From Chthonomonadales bacterium (GTDB lineage Bacteria > Armatimonadota > Chthonomonadetes > Chthonomonadales > CAJBBX01), in assembly GCA_049967475.1 (NCBI GenBank), contig JBMFSQ010000029.1, positions 1 through 44,240 of the forward strand: 44,240 bases of DNA. The letters run 5' to 3'. A program made the position numbers and the translations under genes. Below, one piece after another: positions 9,288-19,262 of this stretch (its first letter is position 1; each line of letters starts with the position of its first letter). The notes under the pieces are model-generated. The model worked only from the letters and a program-made list of their open reading frames with translations. It was not told the DNA's origin and did not search any database.

Positions 9288-10631
9288 TCAGTAAAGCCGC
9301 CGGATCACGTCTACAGTAGAACGGGCCATATCCGTCAGACGCACGGTGTGATAGCCGGCCACTCCCGTGTGAAGTGTGTCGCGGAGGATCTGCGTCCAGT
9401 CCTGCGGCAATGCATCGGAGCCGGACACAGCCCCCATGATGGATCCCACTGTGGCGCCGTTGCAATCGGTGTCGAAGCCCGCCTGTACGGCGCGGCAGAT
9501 TGCAGATCCGAATTCGCCATCACTCCACAGCAATCCGATGGTCACAATCATGGCATTGGGGATGGTGTGGCACCAGTCGTAGGCGCGTTTTTCGTTCCAA
9601 AGGGCATGCACGCGATCCACGGCGTCGTCATACCCCACGCCGGAGGCATGCCAATCCATCACGTCACGGACGGCCTCGGCGAGCCGGCATTGCGCCGGTA
9701 TCTCCGCTAGACCGGCTTCTACGATGAGGCGCGTGTCCTCGGCCACGAAGGCGGCGGCGATCATCGCTGCTGCCCACATTTCGCCATAGATGCCGTTCTT
9801 CACGTGGGAGATGCATGCGTCTCGCCACGCAAGCTCGGCTGCGCGTTCGGGCTTGCCTGCCGCGGCGTAGCCCCAAAAATCTGCACGGATCTGGGCTCCG
9901 ATCCACTCCCGATAGGGGTTGCGGAAGGTTGCAGAGGCCGGTGGTTCTATCTGCAAGCAGAAATTACGATAGGCCACACGCTCGGCTGTGCAGGCGTGCA
10001 GGATCGGTATCTCGCTCATCCAGAACTCCGCAACGTCCTGCGGAGTGAAGCGGCTCCCATAGCGCTTCATCACGGCCAACCCTACGGTGGTGTAATTGGT
10101 GTCGTCATCCTCCGGCATGCCCTCCACCAAATCCGCCCATGCAGCCTTCGCGTCTACCCCATACTGTTGCGCAACCGCTTCGGGGAGGTCATGGTACCGA
10201 ATGTATCCTTGCAATGGCCATCGTCCAACGGCTGTTAGAAGCCCTTGCAGGCGTTCGCGATGCCATCCTTCCACGGGCTTGCCAAGGAGGCATCCCGCAC
10301 ACCTGCCTGTCCACGCGCCATGCACGCGGTCCAGCAAAGAAGCTTCGTCCCAATCGCGTTGAGGCAGCGAGGGACGCGAGGCCGGCCGCTGAGCCCGTAT
10401 CCCCTCGAGGTCCGAAGGTTCCCGGTAGGGGTAGTCCGTCCGAATAGGCAGGCGCGCCGTGGCATCCAGCAGCGCCTGTGCGGCCGGCTGGTTCTGCGGA
10501 TCCTCGAGGTCCAGTGCGGCCAACCGCTCGAAATCCGCTTCGAGGGTCGCGAGATCACGCCCCTCTTGGAGGCACTGAAGCCGTTCGGTTTCGATGTCCA
10601 GATTGCTCAGGTAGAGCCACACATGCTTCAA
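9288..10631 (-). CDS. ADP-ribosylglycohydrolase (DraG/ARH) family protein
   Basis: 'GAWTGRCAGCLLG.PVEG', 'EDDDTNY', 'GAQIRAD', 'SH..NGIYG' and 'DTDCNGATVGS'. TTG start 7 nt after AAGGAGG. Confidence 0.88.
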   Translation of the reverse strand: MKHVWLYLSNLDIETERLQCLQEGRDLATLEADFERLAALDLEDPQNQPAAQALLDATARLPIRTDYPYREPSDLEGIRAQRPASRPSLPQRDWDEASLLDRVHGAWTGRCAGCLLGKPVEGWHRERLQGLLTAVGRWPLQGYIRYHDLPEAVAQQYGVDAKAAWADLVEGMPEDDDTNYTTVGLAVMKRYGSRFTPQDVAEFWMSEIPILHACTAERVAYRNFCLQIEPPASATFRNPYREWIGAQIRADFWGYAAAGKPERAAELAWRDACISHVKNGIYGEMWAAAMIAAAFVAEDTRLIVEAGLAEIPAQCRLAEAVRDVMDWHASGVGYDDAVDRVHALWNEKRAYDWCHTIPNAMIVTIGLLWSDGEFGSAICRAVQAGFDTDCNGATVGSIMGAVSGSDALPQDWTQILRDTLHTGVAGYHTVRLTDMARSTVDVIRRLY

Positions 10632-10755
10632 CAGGGCGCCTCCTTCGTTCAGGTTTGCGATGCATCGTTCCACACAGCACAAGCGAGTTCCTTCGCCGAG
10701 GCGGCCCACGGCGCTCCCTGCGTTGGGGTACACTCCAGGCGCGGATGCTGCCAAT

Positions 10756-11817
10756 ATGAGTGATCCAATTCCCCCTGGCGATCTCTCCGGGAATACACGA
10801 CGCGGCATGGGACCAAGGCGCATCGCATCGGTCCTTACAGCGGTGTGCATCGTGCTGGCTGCAGCGTGGGTCGCACGCTTCATTTGGTACGACCAGCCGC
10901 GCTTACTGCGTGAAGCCGGGCCCATCGCGCTTGACCTGGCTTCACCGATTCCTCCGCCTGGGCTCCTTCCCCCGCGCGATCTGCCCGGGAATGCAGCCGA
11001 TGATTACTTGCGCGCCCTCAATCACTATAACGCCCGGTGTGCGCCGATGCTGGCGCGACGCACTCTCAACCCGATTTTGCGGGAGCCCGCCGTGTCGCCG
11101 GTGGAGTTGCACAACATAATCGCGGGCGCTCGAAAGCGCGCCTGTTCGTTCTATTCGGCGTCGGGCGGGTCCGGCAGCCGCATCTTCATCGTGCAGCCGG
11201 GTTCCAGGCCGTATCCTATGCGCCGGACGGACGATCCATTCGCCCTGCGCCCCTACATCGCGCCCATGCGAACCATGGCGCAGGCTTGCCTAAACCGCGG
11301 GAAAGAGCTGGAGCAGGCCGGCCATCTGGACGAGGCGCGGCGCATCTATATGGCCGTAGTGCGCCTGGGCTGGAACCTCCGGCAGGATCCGGGCTGCCTC
11401 ATGGATATCGAACTGTCCTTGGAAATCGAGCGCAAGGGGCTCCATTATTTGGAAGTATTCCTGGCGCGCACGCATGCCCAACCGGTCCGGGAGCTCTGCC
11501 ATCGGTATGCTCAGGAGGTAGAGGGTTTCCTCAATCAAGTGCACGCAAAATACGTCCAGCTCGACAACCCCGAGGCCGCCAAGCTCATTCTACGCCGGGA
11601 TGCGAGCCCCATCTGGCGCATGGAGGCGGCGGTGGCGCTCTCCGGATACCGCTATACCGCACATCCGGGCATCCTGGAACGCCTCTCCATTCGTCTGACG
11701 CTGTTGCAGGCAGAGCACGACGCTGACCCCTGTGTCCGCAGGGCTGCCCGGCATGCCGCCCTTATGGGACCTGCCGATTGGCGCAATATGGCGTCGGATG
11801 CGGGTCCGCGCCAATGA
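10756..11817 (+). CDS. Hypothetical membrane-anchored all-alpha protein with a C-terminal HEAT-like repeat
   Basis: N-terminal TM helix, 'GNAADDYLRA', a TPR-like helix pair and HEAT-like 'DADPCVRRAA'. Fills the gap between flanking genes. Confidence 0.65.
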   Translation: MSDPIPPGDLSGNTRRGMGPRRIASVLTAVCIVLAAAWVARFIWYDQPRLLREAGPIALDLASPIPPPGLLPPRDLPGNAADDYLRALNHYNARCAPMLARRTLNPILREPAVSPVELHNIIAGARKRACSFYSASGGSGSRIFIVQPGSRPYPMRRTDDPFALRPYIAPMRTMAQACLNRGKELEQAGHLDEARRIYMAVVRLGWNLRQDPGCLMDIELSLEIERKGLHYLEVFLARTHAQPVRELCHRYAQEVEGFLNQVHAKYVQLDNPEAAKLILRRDASPIWRMEAAVALSGYRYTAHPGILERLSIRLTLLQAEHDADPCVRRAARHAALMGPADWRNMASDAGPRQ

Positions 11818-11840
11818 AGAGAGCGGCTTGGCGCGAAGCA

Positions 11841-12626
11841 TCAATAAACGGGGCGTACCCGATAGGGTATGGGATCTTCGACTCCGGCCAGGCGGAAGCC
11901 GCGCAATCGAAGCGCACACGAATCGCACACGCCGCAGGCAACGTCCTCGGACTGGTAGCAGGACCACGTAAGGTGTAGGGGAGCGCCGAGCTCCAGACCC
12001 TTGCGCACAATCTCGGCTTTGCTCATATGGATGATCGGCGTTTCGATGCGGATGTCTCCTGCAGCTGTTCCGAGCCGGACCACCTCGTTGAATGCGGCGT
12101 AATACTCCGGGCGGCAGTCCGGGTAGCCGCTGGAATCTTCGTACACGGCTCCGATGAAGATGCGGTGGGCTCCGATGACCTCTGCCCAGCTCACGGCTAT
12201 AGCAAGCATGTGGGCGTTTCGGAAGGGCACGTAGGAAGTTGGAATGCCTTCCCGGGAAAGATCGGCCTCTTCCACAGGGATGGAGGCATCGGTGAGTGAA
12301 GACCCGCCGATTGCCGCCAAATGGTCCACGGAGCATTCCAGCCTGCATTGCGGGGACACGTGATAGAAATCGGCGAGTTCGTGGAACGCCTGGAGCTCGC
12401 GCCGTTCCGTGCGCTGCCGGTAATTGAGATGCAGGAAATGAAGGTGCCAGCCCTCTGCTGCGGCGATCGCTGCCGTCACACAGGAGTCCATCCCGCCGGA
12501 CACGAGCACCACAGCGCGCCGGCGGGGATCGCCTGCAGCGCATCCTTCCTCCGGCCGCGGCAATGTTGTCCCTTTACCCCGGCTCCCGCTGGACCCTTGT
12601 CCTCCGCCAACCCGATCTGTAGGCAT
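11841..12626 (-). CDS. queC: 7-cyano-7-deazaguanine synthase QueC
   Basis: 'SGGMDS', 'SYVPFRN', 'YPDCRPE' and 'TWSCY...CGVCDSC'. ATG overlaps the queE stop (TGATG). Confidence 0.95.
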   Translation of the reverse strand: MPTDRVGGGQGSSGSRGKGTTLPRPEEGCAAGDPRRRAVVLVSGGMDSCVTAAIAAAEGWHLHFLHLNYRQRTERRELQAFHELADFYHVSPQCRLECSVDHLAAIGGSSLTDASIPVEEADLSREGIPTSYVPFRNAHMLAIAVSWAEVIGAHRIFIGAVYEDSSGYPDCRPEYYAAFNEVVRLGTAAGDIRIETPIIHMSKAEIVRKGLELGAPLHLTWSCYQSEDVACGVCDSCALRLRGFRLAGVEDPIPYRVRPVY

Positions 12627-13408
12627 CACATGGCTCCCAGAACTTTGTGCACCTGAGGGATCACGCGCACATTGGGAAGGATGCGGCGCGCCACCATCTG
12701 CTGCCGCAGCAACTGGGCCGCACCGGGCGCTTGTGTCACCGGGCCGAAGGGCGTAACCGGCTGAAGCACCAGCAGCGTCTCCGGCCAGACCTCCGCGATC
12801 ACTTCCGCTGCCGCCAGGATTTCTTCGTCCGGAGTATTCGCTCCCACTACAGCTTTGGCGAACGTCTGGATATGGGCGCCTCGGCACACGCTGAGAAAAT
12901 CCCGGTGCTCCGCCCAAAGAGGGCGTTCCCCGCTGGACGACGGCAGCTTGATATCCATGGCGCAATAATCCACCCATTCCGCCAATTGATCCATCGCCCG
13001 CCAAAGTTCACCGCTCGTCTCGAGATACACCGAATGCCCCGACGACCGAAGGTCCGGCAGGAAGCGTTTGAGGAAGCGGTGCTGCAAGAGCGGCTCTCCG
13101 CCGGTGACGGCAACCGAATGAAAGCCGGCAGGTGGGCCGAAAAGCATCACGTCTTCCAGCAGGTCTTCCCTGGATACCGGGTTGGTCCGTGTGCGGAAGC
13201 GCCCGCTGGCCGGATCATCCTCAATGCGGCACTGGATCTGGCGGACCTTGGTGTGGGGAGCGTCACAATAGGTGCAATCCAGGTTGCATCCCAGCATCCG
13301 CACGAACACTTGGCGCACTCCTACCCATGGGCCTTCCCCCTGGACGCTGCAAAAGACCTCCACCACGTGTGCCTTCTGCTCGTTGGATACTGGAAGCAAG
13401 ATGCCCAT
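12626..13408 (-). CDS. queE: 7-carboxy-7-deazaguanine synthase QueE (radical SAM)
   Basis: '[10 protein letters not shown]', CxxxCxxC (CNLDCTYCD), 'TGGEPL' and 'PQVHK'. SD GGAGG. Confidence 0.92.
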   Translation of the reverse strand: MGILLPVSNEQKAHVVEVFCSVQGEGPWVGVRQVFVRMLGCNLDCTYCDAPHTKVRQIQCRIEDDPASGRFRTRTNPVSREDLLEDVMLFGPPAGFHSVAVTGGEPLLQHRFLKRFLPDLRSSGHSVYLETSGELWRAMDQLAEWVDYCAMDIKLPSSSGERPLWAEHRDFLSVCRGAHIQTFAKAVVGANTPDEEILAAAEVIAEVWPETLLVLQPVTPFGPVTQAPGAAQLLRQQMVARRILPNVRVIPQVHKVLGAM

Positions 13409-13634
13409 GGCGACCTCCGTTGATTTTATTCTACTCCCATTGGGATCGCGCTTTGTTGAGGCGTCACACTCCGCCCACGGGTGCGTTACACGCGTTATAT
13501 CTTTTGAAGCAGCAGGCTGCAGCAGGATCCCCTCAACGATACCGGTCCCGGTGTGCTCCGGGGTATGGAAGGTATGGGCAGTTGGCGCACGGCGGTGGGA
13601 CGCGTCTAGGTTGCGGAAGTAAGGAGGAGGCATC

Positions 13635-14621
13635 ATGAGAGGTTTGCGCATTATGCTCCTGTCGGCAGGATTGGCGGCGTCGGGGAGCGTTGCATGGGCA
13701 AGTCACCATGCGCCGACGATAGACCCGATCACGGTAACAGTGAGTGCCGTCAACGGTACAGACCGGAACCTGTCCAATGCGGTGGCCGAAACGCTCATCA
13801 CAGATCTCGCGCGGCAGCCGGGGTTGCGCGTATTGGAGCGTACGTCACCGCGTAACGCTGCGAGGGCCCGGTACCGCATCGTCGGAAGCTGCCTTGCTCT
13901 GGATCGCCACGTTTTGGTGAGTGTGCGTGTGCTGGATGCGGTTACATGGACCACAATCCCAGGCCTTGCCGAAAGTGTCCTGGCGCCGCGAGAGCAGATG
14001 TTGCTTATGGTAGATGCTCTTGGGCAGCGTCTTTCCCAGAAGCTTGCCGCCCGGCTCGCTCCGGTGCATAGACCGGTTCGGCGGCAGGTATCCGCATCCC
14101 GCGGTAAGGGACTGCTGCGAAGTGCGGCCGCGCATGGGCAGCCATTCCGAGCGGCCTCTTCTCACCCGGCCCCAGCGGCGCCAAAGCCTGCACCGGCGAA
14201 GATCGTGCTTGCTTCGGCTCCCGCGGCGGTTCATGCTTCCTTCACGCCCGTCGCTCCCGACCCTGCGCCGGCTCCGGAAGAGACCTATACGGGGCTCATC
14301 ATTGATGCCCGGGGTTGCCATTTGGAACGTTCCATGACGCCTCGCATCCGCTTGATGGACGGGTCGGTATTGTGGGCGGGCGAAGATGCCCCTGTGGATT
14401 TTGCCATCGAGAACGGGGTGGTTGCCTACGCGCACACTCTGGATGAAGCCCGGCAATTGGCGAGGGCCGGGGCGCATCCTCTCGTGATCCAGGCCATTGC
14501 AGCGTACAAAGACGCTTTCCATTCCGACCCTGTGCTTCGCGAGGAAGATGCCCGGGCGCTTCGGCCGCACCTGGGCGACCGCTTCATGCGCCGCTTCAAC
14601 GTCGTGTTTGTTGTGGATTGA
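13635..14621 (+). CDS. Secreted hypothetical protein: CsgG/TolB-N-like domain, Ala/Pro linker and a conserved C-terminal domain
   Basis: Strong SD AAGGAGGAGG and a signal peptide. Motifs 'LITDL...LRVLER' and 'YTGLIIDARG...MTPRI'. Confidence 0.7.
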   Translation: MRGLRIMLLSAGLAASGSVAWASHHAPTIDPITVTVSAVNGTDRNLSNAVAETLITDLARQPGLRVLERTSPRNAARARYRIVGSCLALDRHVLVSVRVLDAVTWTTIPGLAESVLAPREQMLLMVDALGQRLSQKLAARLAPVHRPVRRQVSASRGKGLLRSAAAHGQPFRAASSHPAPAAPKPAPAKIVLASAPAAVHASFTPVAPDPAPAPEETYTGLIIDARGCHLERSMTPRIRLMDGSVLWAGEDAPVDFAIENGVVAYAHTLDEARQLARAGAHPLVIQAIAAYKDAFHSDPVLREEDARALRPHLGDRFMRRFNVVFVVD

Positions 14622-14760
14622 AACGCTGGATTGCTGCGATTATTGAAGCACTCGCCCCGCCGAACAGGGATTGATCCGGCCCACACCGAAGGTATCATCA
14701 ACGTATGGCTGCGTCTGACGCGGCATACCGTGAAATCTTTGGACCGGAGGTGTGGTGAAG

Positions 14761-15696
14761 ATGCACCCATTGAACCGCCGCGAATTTGTTGAGCGGGCCG
14801 TGGTGGCGGCATCGGCGTTGGCCGCCACAGGTCTCTCAGCGGCCGGACAAGCAAACCCTGCCAAAGGCCATCGGGTGAAGCTCGGCAAGTCCGGCAGAAC
14901 TTCTTCGCTGATCGGCATCGGCACGGGTACGGTGGGGTGGAACGGCCAGTCCAACCAAACGCGCCTGGGCCATGAGGAGTTCAACCGCATCATCCGCCAC
15001 GCCTACGATCGCGGCATCACCTTCTTCGATTGCGCCGACATGTACGGTTCCCACACGTATCTTCGCGAAGCCCTCAAATCCATCCCCAGGGAAAAAGTCA
15101 TCATCCAGACGAAGATCATCCACCGCACCGCAGACGAAGCCCGCGCCGATCTGGACCGCTTTCGCCAAGAGCTGGGAACAGATTACATAGACCACGTCTT
15201 GATGCATGTGGTGACGGAGGCGGATTGGAACCAGCGGTATCGGGGCGTGATGGATGTACTGGAAGAGGCCAAGCAGAAGCGCATCATTCGCGCCCACGGA
15301 TGTTCGTGCCACACGCTCGAAGCGCTGGAAACCGCCGCAGCCGAACCCTGGGTGGATGTGGACCTGGCCCGCTTCAATCCTTGGGGGCGGATGATGGATA
15401 ATCGCCGCGGCGAGCCCGAGGAGAAGGCGCCCCAGTATGTGACGCCCGTCCTCCAAAGGATGCGCAAAGCGGGCAAAGCCGTCATCGGCATGAAGATCCT
15501 GGGCGAGGGGCGCGTCGTCCGCGGCCTCCCCCAAGACGAGAAGCTGGCAAAGGCCCGCGAGTCCATCAAGTTCGCCCTTGCCAGCGGCGTGATTGACGTG
15601 ATGGTGATCGGCTTCCAAAGCACCCAGGAGATAGACGAGATTTTGGAACAGACGCGCCTCGCCTTGGCTGAGATCGGCAGCCGGCACTCCGCCTGA
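14761..15696 (+). CDS. Aldo/keto reductase with a twin-arginine signal
   Basis: 'LNRREFV' Tat motif, 'IGIGT', 'GITFFDCADMYG', 'LGTDYIDHVLMH' and 'GMKILG'. Confidence 0.88.
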   Translation: MHPLNRREFVERAVVAASALAATGLSAAGQANPAKGHRVKLGKSGRTSSLIGIGTGTVGWNGQSNQTRLGHEEFNRIIRHAYDRGITFFDCADMYGSHTYLREALKSIPREKVIIQTKIIHRTADEARADLDRFRQELGTDYIDHVLMHVVTEADWNQRYRGVMDVLEEAKQKRIIRAHGCSCHTLEALETAAAEPWVDVDLARFNPWGRMMDNRRGEPEEKAPQYVTPVLQRMRKAGKAVIGMKILGEGRVVRGLPQDEKLAKARESIKFALASGVIDVMVIGFQSTQEIDEILEQTRLALAEIGSRHSA

Positions 15697-15761
15697 GGTG
15701 GAACGCGCTGTGTCCTATACCTTCAACATCATCCCATCAAATGAACAGGAGCACCCAGCAG

Positions 15762-17102
15762 ATGCCTACCCGCCCCATGAACGTTCTTTTGTTTGCCATA
15801 GACAGCCTGCGCGCGGATCACATGAGCTGCTACGGGTACCACCGCCTCACGACGCCTTACATGGACGCCTTCGCCCAGGAGAGCGTGCTGTTTGAGAACT
15901 GTTACTCCGCGTATATCCCCACGACGCCTGCATATACCTCCATCTTCACCGGGATGGATGTAATGAGCCATGAGATGGTGGCCCTGGGACCAAAGGGACC
16001 CATAGACCCGAAGATCCACCTGATGCCTGAACTTCTGCGCGAACTAGGATACGCTTCGGTTCGCGTGGGCTTCGGCGGCGAATTCTTCCGCGGCTTCGAC
16101 CGCATGCTGAGTTATGACGAGGGATGGCGCGCTTGGGAGGATCGGCCTGCCCGCAAAGCCGAGAACCTCAACGAGGTCGCAATCCCTGCTTTGGAAGAAC
16201 TCGTGCGCTCCGGGCAGCCTTGGCTGCTGTTCATGCGACACATGGATCCCCATGCGCCTTACCTTCCGCCGCCGCCCTACGATCACCTGTTCTACAGCAA
16301 GGATCCTACGGAACCCGGCCTGGATATGTCGCCAATCCGGGACTTTCCCAACTTTGCCGATTTTCACCTCTCCTGGATGCCGCCGGGGATCCAGGATGCC
16401 AATCATCCCATCGCCATGTACGATGGCGCTGTAGCCTATATGGATGCCTGCATCCAGCGCATCCTCACTCGCCTCGATGAGCTGGGGCAGCGCGAAAACA
16501 CCCTCGTGATCATTACCGCCGATCATGGCGAAACTCTCTACGATCACGGATGCTACTTCGATCATCACGGTCTCTACGAACCCACCCTTCATGTACCCCT
16601 CATCGTGCGCTTCCCCGACGGCAGTCTCGCGGGAGAACGCATCCCCGGATACGTACTCCATCAGGATCTGCTGCCCTCCCTTCTCGATATCCTTGGAGCA
16701 AAGCGGATAACCCGCCGGGAACGCATGGACGGGAAATCCTGGATCCCGCTCCTTACCGGCGAGCGGGCCACCAATTACACCGAGTTCTATATCACCGAGT
16801 GCACTTGGATGCGCAAGCGCGGATGGCGCACAACGGAATGGAAGCTCATCGAAGCCCTGGAGCCGGACTTCCATGGGAAGCCGCCTGTGGAGCTGTACAA
16901 CCTGGTGAGCGATCCCGAGGAACAGGAGAACCTGGCCGAAAAGGAACCCAAGGTGGTGCAATGGCTTAAGGACCGCATGATGCGCTGGGTGAACAAACGC
17001 CTGAAGCAGACCGGCAAACCCGATCCGATCCTTCAGTACGAATTGGGACTTAACAAGCGCATCGGTTCCATCGCAGTAGCCCAGAAGCTGCAGGACCGGT
17101 AG
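15762..17102 (+). CDS. Sulfatase-like alkaline-phosphatase-superfamily hydrolase/transferase (Thr at the nucleophile position)
   Basis: 'DSLRAD', 'PTTPAYTSIFTG', 'DPHAPY', 'TADHGE' and 'ELYNL..DP.E..NLA'. Alternative start 15741. Confidence 0.85.
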   Translation: MPTRPMNVLLFAIDSLRADHMSCYGYHRLTTPYMDAFAQESVLFENCYSAYIPTTPAYTSIFTGMDVMSHEMVALGPKGPIDPKIHLMPELLRELGYASVRVGFGGEFFRGFDRMLSYDEGWRAWEDRPARKAENLNEVAIPALEELVRSGQPWLLFMRHMDPHAPYLPPPPYDHLFYSKDPTEPGLDMSPIRDFPNFADFHLSWMPPGIQDANHPIAMYDGAVAYMDACIQRILTRLDELGQRENTLVIITADHGETLYDHGCYFDHHGLYEPTLHVPLIVRFPDGSLAGERIPGYVLHQDLLPSLLDILGAKRITRRERMDGKSWIPLLTGERATNYTEFYITECTWMRKRGWRTTEWKLIEALEPDFHGKPPVELYNLVSDPEEQENLAEKEPKVVQWLKDRMMRWVNKRLKQTGKPDPILQYELGLNKRIGSIAVAQKLQDR

Positions 17103-17122
17103 ATCCGGGGGAAAAGGGGGCA

Positions 17123-17578
17123 ATGAAGCGTCACATAGCCCTCAAACCGCTCTCTTGGGAACACCACCACGGCCTGGTGCACGCCCGGCGCCTCGTACGG
17201 AGCTCTAAGGCGAAGGAGGACGCGGCCCAGGCCGTGGAGGCTTTCTTGCGTTTCGTTGAGGAGGATCTCAGGAAGCACTTTCGCGTGGAGGAGGAGTTCC
17301 TCCTGCCCATGTATGCGCTACATGCACGCGCCGACGAGAAGCTTATCGGCAAGGTACTCACGGAACACGTGCAGATCCGCGCTGCGATCCTCACCCTCGA
17401 ACAGGCCCGTTTGGCAGGTGATCCCGCGGAAGAGATCGTACAACGGCTGGGGAAGCTTCTGGAGGGGCACATTCGCCTCGAGGAACGCCGCCTCTTTCCT
17501 GCCGTAGAAGCGGCTCTGAGCCTGGAAGAACTCATGCGCTTGGGGACGGTCCTTTCCGCAGGGTGGTCTAGCCGCTGA
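17123..17578 (+). CDS. Hemerythrin-domain protein
   Basis: 'LS.EHHHGL', 'HFRVEE', 'EH' and 'HIRLEER.LFP' HHE motifs. Confidence 0.85.
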   Translation: MKRHIALKPLSWEHHHGLVHARRLVRSSKAKEDAAQAVEAFLRFVEEDLRKHFRVEEEFLLPMYALHARADEKLIGKVLTEHVQIRAAILTLEQARLAGDPAEEIVQRLGKLLEGHIRLEERRLFPAVEAALSLEELMRLGTVLSAGWSSR

Positions 17579-17650
17579 GGCTGCCGGGGGGCATCGTCGG
17601 AGCCCGGGCGCCGACGGCACTTCCTGTAGGCGTGGCCGGTTGAGGGCAGC

Positions 17651-17680
17651 TTGCTCTGCGCGCCTCCCTCGGGCTATAAT
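17651..17680 (+). promoter_or_regulatory. Putative sigma70 promoter for hisG (TTGCTC-N18-TATAAT)
   Basis: Perfect -10 TATAAT at 17675-17680 in a GC-rich intergenic region. Confidence 0.5.
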
Positions 17681-17740
17681 CAAACCACGCCCGCTCCCGC
17701 ATACCTGGGCGGTTTACTCCATTGGGAAAGGCAACACGCG

Positions 17741-18613
17741 TTGGCGCTCAAGATCGGCATCCCCAAAGGCAGCCTTCAGGAGGCAACGTTTGCACTCTTT
17801 AGGAAGGCCGGCTTTGAGTTTCGCACCTCCGGCAGCAGATCCTACCACCCCACGGTGAATGATCCCGAATTGGAGCCGCTTCTGCTGCGCCCACAGGAAA
17901 TACCACGCTACGTGGAACAGGGGGTTCTGGACGCCGGCATCACCGGCAAGGATTGGATCGAGGACAACGGCTCCGATGTTGTGGAGGTGGACGATTTCAC
18001 CTATTCCAAGGCTAGCCTCAATCCTGTGCGTGTGGTGCTGGCTGCGCCCAACGCATCCGCCATCCAAACTGTAGCGGATCTGCAAGGCAAGCGGATTGCA
18101 ACCGAGTATGTGCGCCTTACCCGGAGGTACCTCCAGTCCCACGGGGTGGAAGCCGAAGTGGAGTTCTCATGGGGCGCATGTGAAGTGAAGGTGCCCGATC
18201 TGGTGGACGCGATCGTGGTGAATACGGAAACGGGGAGTTCTCTGCGCGCCCACGACCTCAAGATTGTGGACACGCTGTTGGTGTCTACCACGCGGCTCAT
18301 TGCCAACCGCCAAGCGTGGGAGGATGCGTGGAAGCGTGCGAAAACGGAGAACCTTGCTATGCTCCTCCGAGGAGCTCTCAATGCCGAGACGCTGGTGGGC
18401 CTTAAGATGAACGTGAACCGCCGCGATCTGGAGGAGGTTACGGCTCTTCTCCCCGCTCTCAAGAAGCCTACCCTCTCGCCGCTGTCCGACGCAGATTGGG
18501 TGGCCCTGGAGATCATCGTGGAAGAGCAGGTAGTGCGCGACCTTCTGCCGAAGCTGAAACGCGCCGGGGCTGAAGGCATCGTGGAGTATCCGCTAAACAA
18601 GGTGATTTACTGA
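17741..18613 (+). CDS. hisG: ATP phosphoribosyltransferase, long form
   Basis: 'IGIPKGSL', 'RPQEIP.YV..G..DAGITG.DW', 'SWGACEVK' and 'ETGSSLRAH', plus the C-terminal regulatory domain. TTG start. Confidence 0.95.
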   Translation: MALKIGIPKGSLQEATFALFRKAGFEFRTSGSRSYHPTVNDPELEPLLLRPQEIPRYVEQGVLDAGITGKDWIEDNGSDVVEVDDFTYSKASLNPVRVVLAAPNASAIQTVADLQGKRIATEYVRLTRRYLQSHGVEAEVEFSWGACEVKVPDLVDAIVVNTETGSSLRAHDLKIVDTLLVSTTRLIANRQAWEDAWKRAKTENLAMLLRGALNAETLVGLKMNVNRRDLEEVTALLPALKKPTLSPLSDADWVALEIIVEEQVVRDLLPKLKRAGAEGIVEYPLNKVIY

Positions 18614-18634
18614 TCGGTCGGCTCAAAGGATGCC

Positions 18635-19255
18635 ATGATTGCCCACCTCAAGGGAACCCTGGCAGCACGCGAAGCCAACAGCGTGGTTCTGGATGTCGGC
18701 GGCGTGGGATACCGCGTGCACGTTCCCGTGTCCGCATCTTGCCTGGTGGCGCCCCTTGGTGAACAGGTGGCGCTTTACACGGTGATGGCAGTGCGGGAAG
18801 ATGCCATTACCCTCTACGGTTTTGCTGCTCCCACGGAGCGCGATCTCTTTACCATGCTCACCAGCGTCGCCGGGGTAGGGCCTCGCATCGGCCTCTCTAT
18901 GCTGAGTGTGCTCCCGGCGGCAGATCTTGCCAGGGCTATCGCCCGCGGCGACACCGCAACCCTCACGCGGGTGCCCGGCGTAGGGCCGAAGCTCGCTCAA
19001 CGCTTGGCCTATGAGCTTGGGGACCGCATGGAGCATGCTTTGCCCGAATTCGCCGCAGGCGAACCGCCCGGCCAAGGCGCTGCTACCCAGCCTAGAACTC
19101 TCGATGACGCCATCGAGGCTTTGATCGCCTTGGGATACGGCCGCACCGATGCGCGCAAAGCCGCAGAAAAGGCGGCAGGCGAAGTAGAAGGCGCCGCGGA
19201 TGCAGCCCTCCTCGTTCGCCACGCCCTCCGTATACTTTCCGCGGCAGGCCGGTAG
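18635..19255 (+). CDS. ruvA: Holliday junction branch migration protein RuvA
   Basis: 'MIAHLKG', 'GGVGY', 'VREDAITLYGF', 'GVGPR', 'VPGVGPK.A' and 'ALIALGY'. Confidence 0.95.
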   Translation: MIAHLKGTLAAREANSVVLDVGGVGYRVHVPVSASCLVAPLGEQVALYTVMAVREDAITLYGFAAPTERDLFTMLTSVAGVGPRIGLSMLSVLPAADLARAIARGDTATLTRVPGVGPKLAQRLAYELGDRMEHALPEFAAGEPPGQGAATQPRTLDDAIEALIALGYGRTDARKAAEKAAGEVEGAADAALLVRHALRILSAAGR

Positions 19256-19262
19256 ACCGTAA

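Noticed and set aside
9256..10925. Long N-terminal extensions in the ORF track (ADP-ribosylglycohydrolase, queC, O-methyltransferase, 41065-42252 and others)
   Set aside because: They overlap neighbouring genes, and SD-supported downstream starts fit the family lengths better.
11841..13408. queC-queE as an anti-phage (QatC/Dpd-type) or DNA-modification system
   Set aside because: Both look like canonical queuosine enzymes. No dpdA/tgt, TatD, ATPase or nuclease partner is nearby.
13409..13450. preQ1 riboswitch upstream of queE (small hairpin plus A-rich tail before the SD)
   Set aside because: The TCCC-AAT-GGGA hairpin has only a 3-nt loop and lacks the preQ1-I loop consensus. TAGAAT is better explained as a -10 element. 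An Rfam scan would settle it.
15700..15729. Second ECF-like promoter GGAACG-N15-CTTCAAC before the sulfatase-like gene
   Set aside because: The spacer is one nt short and the CGT core is broken, so it is too weak to call.
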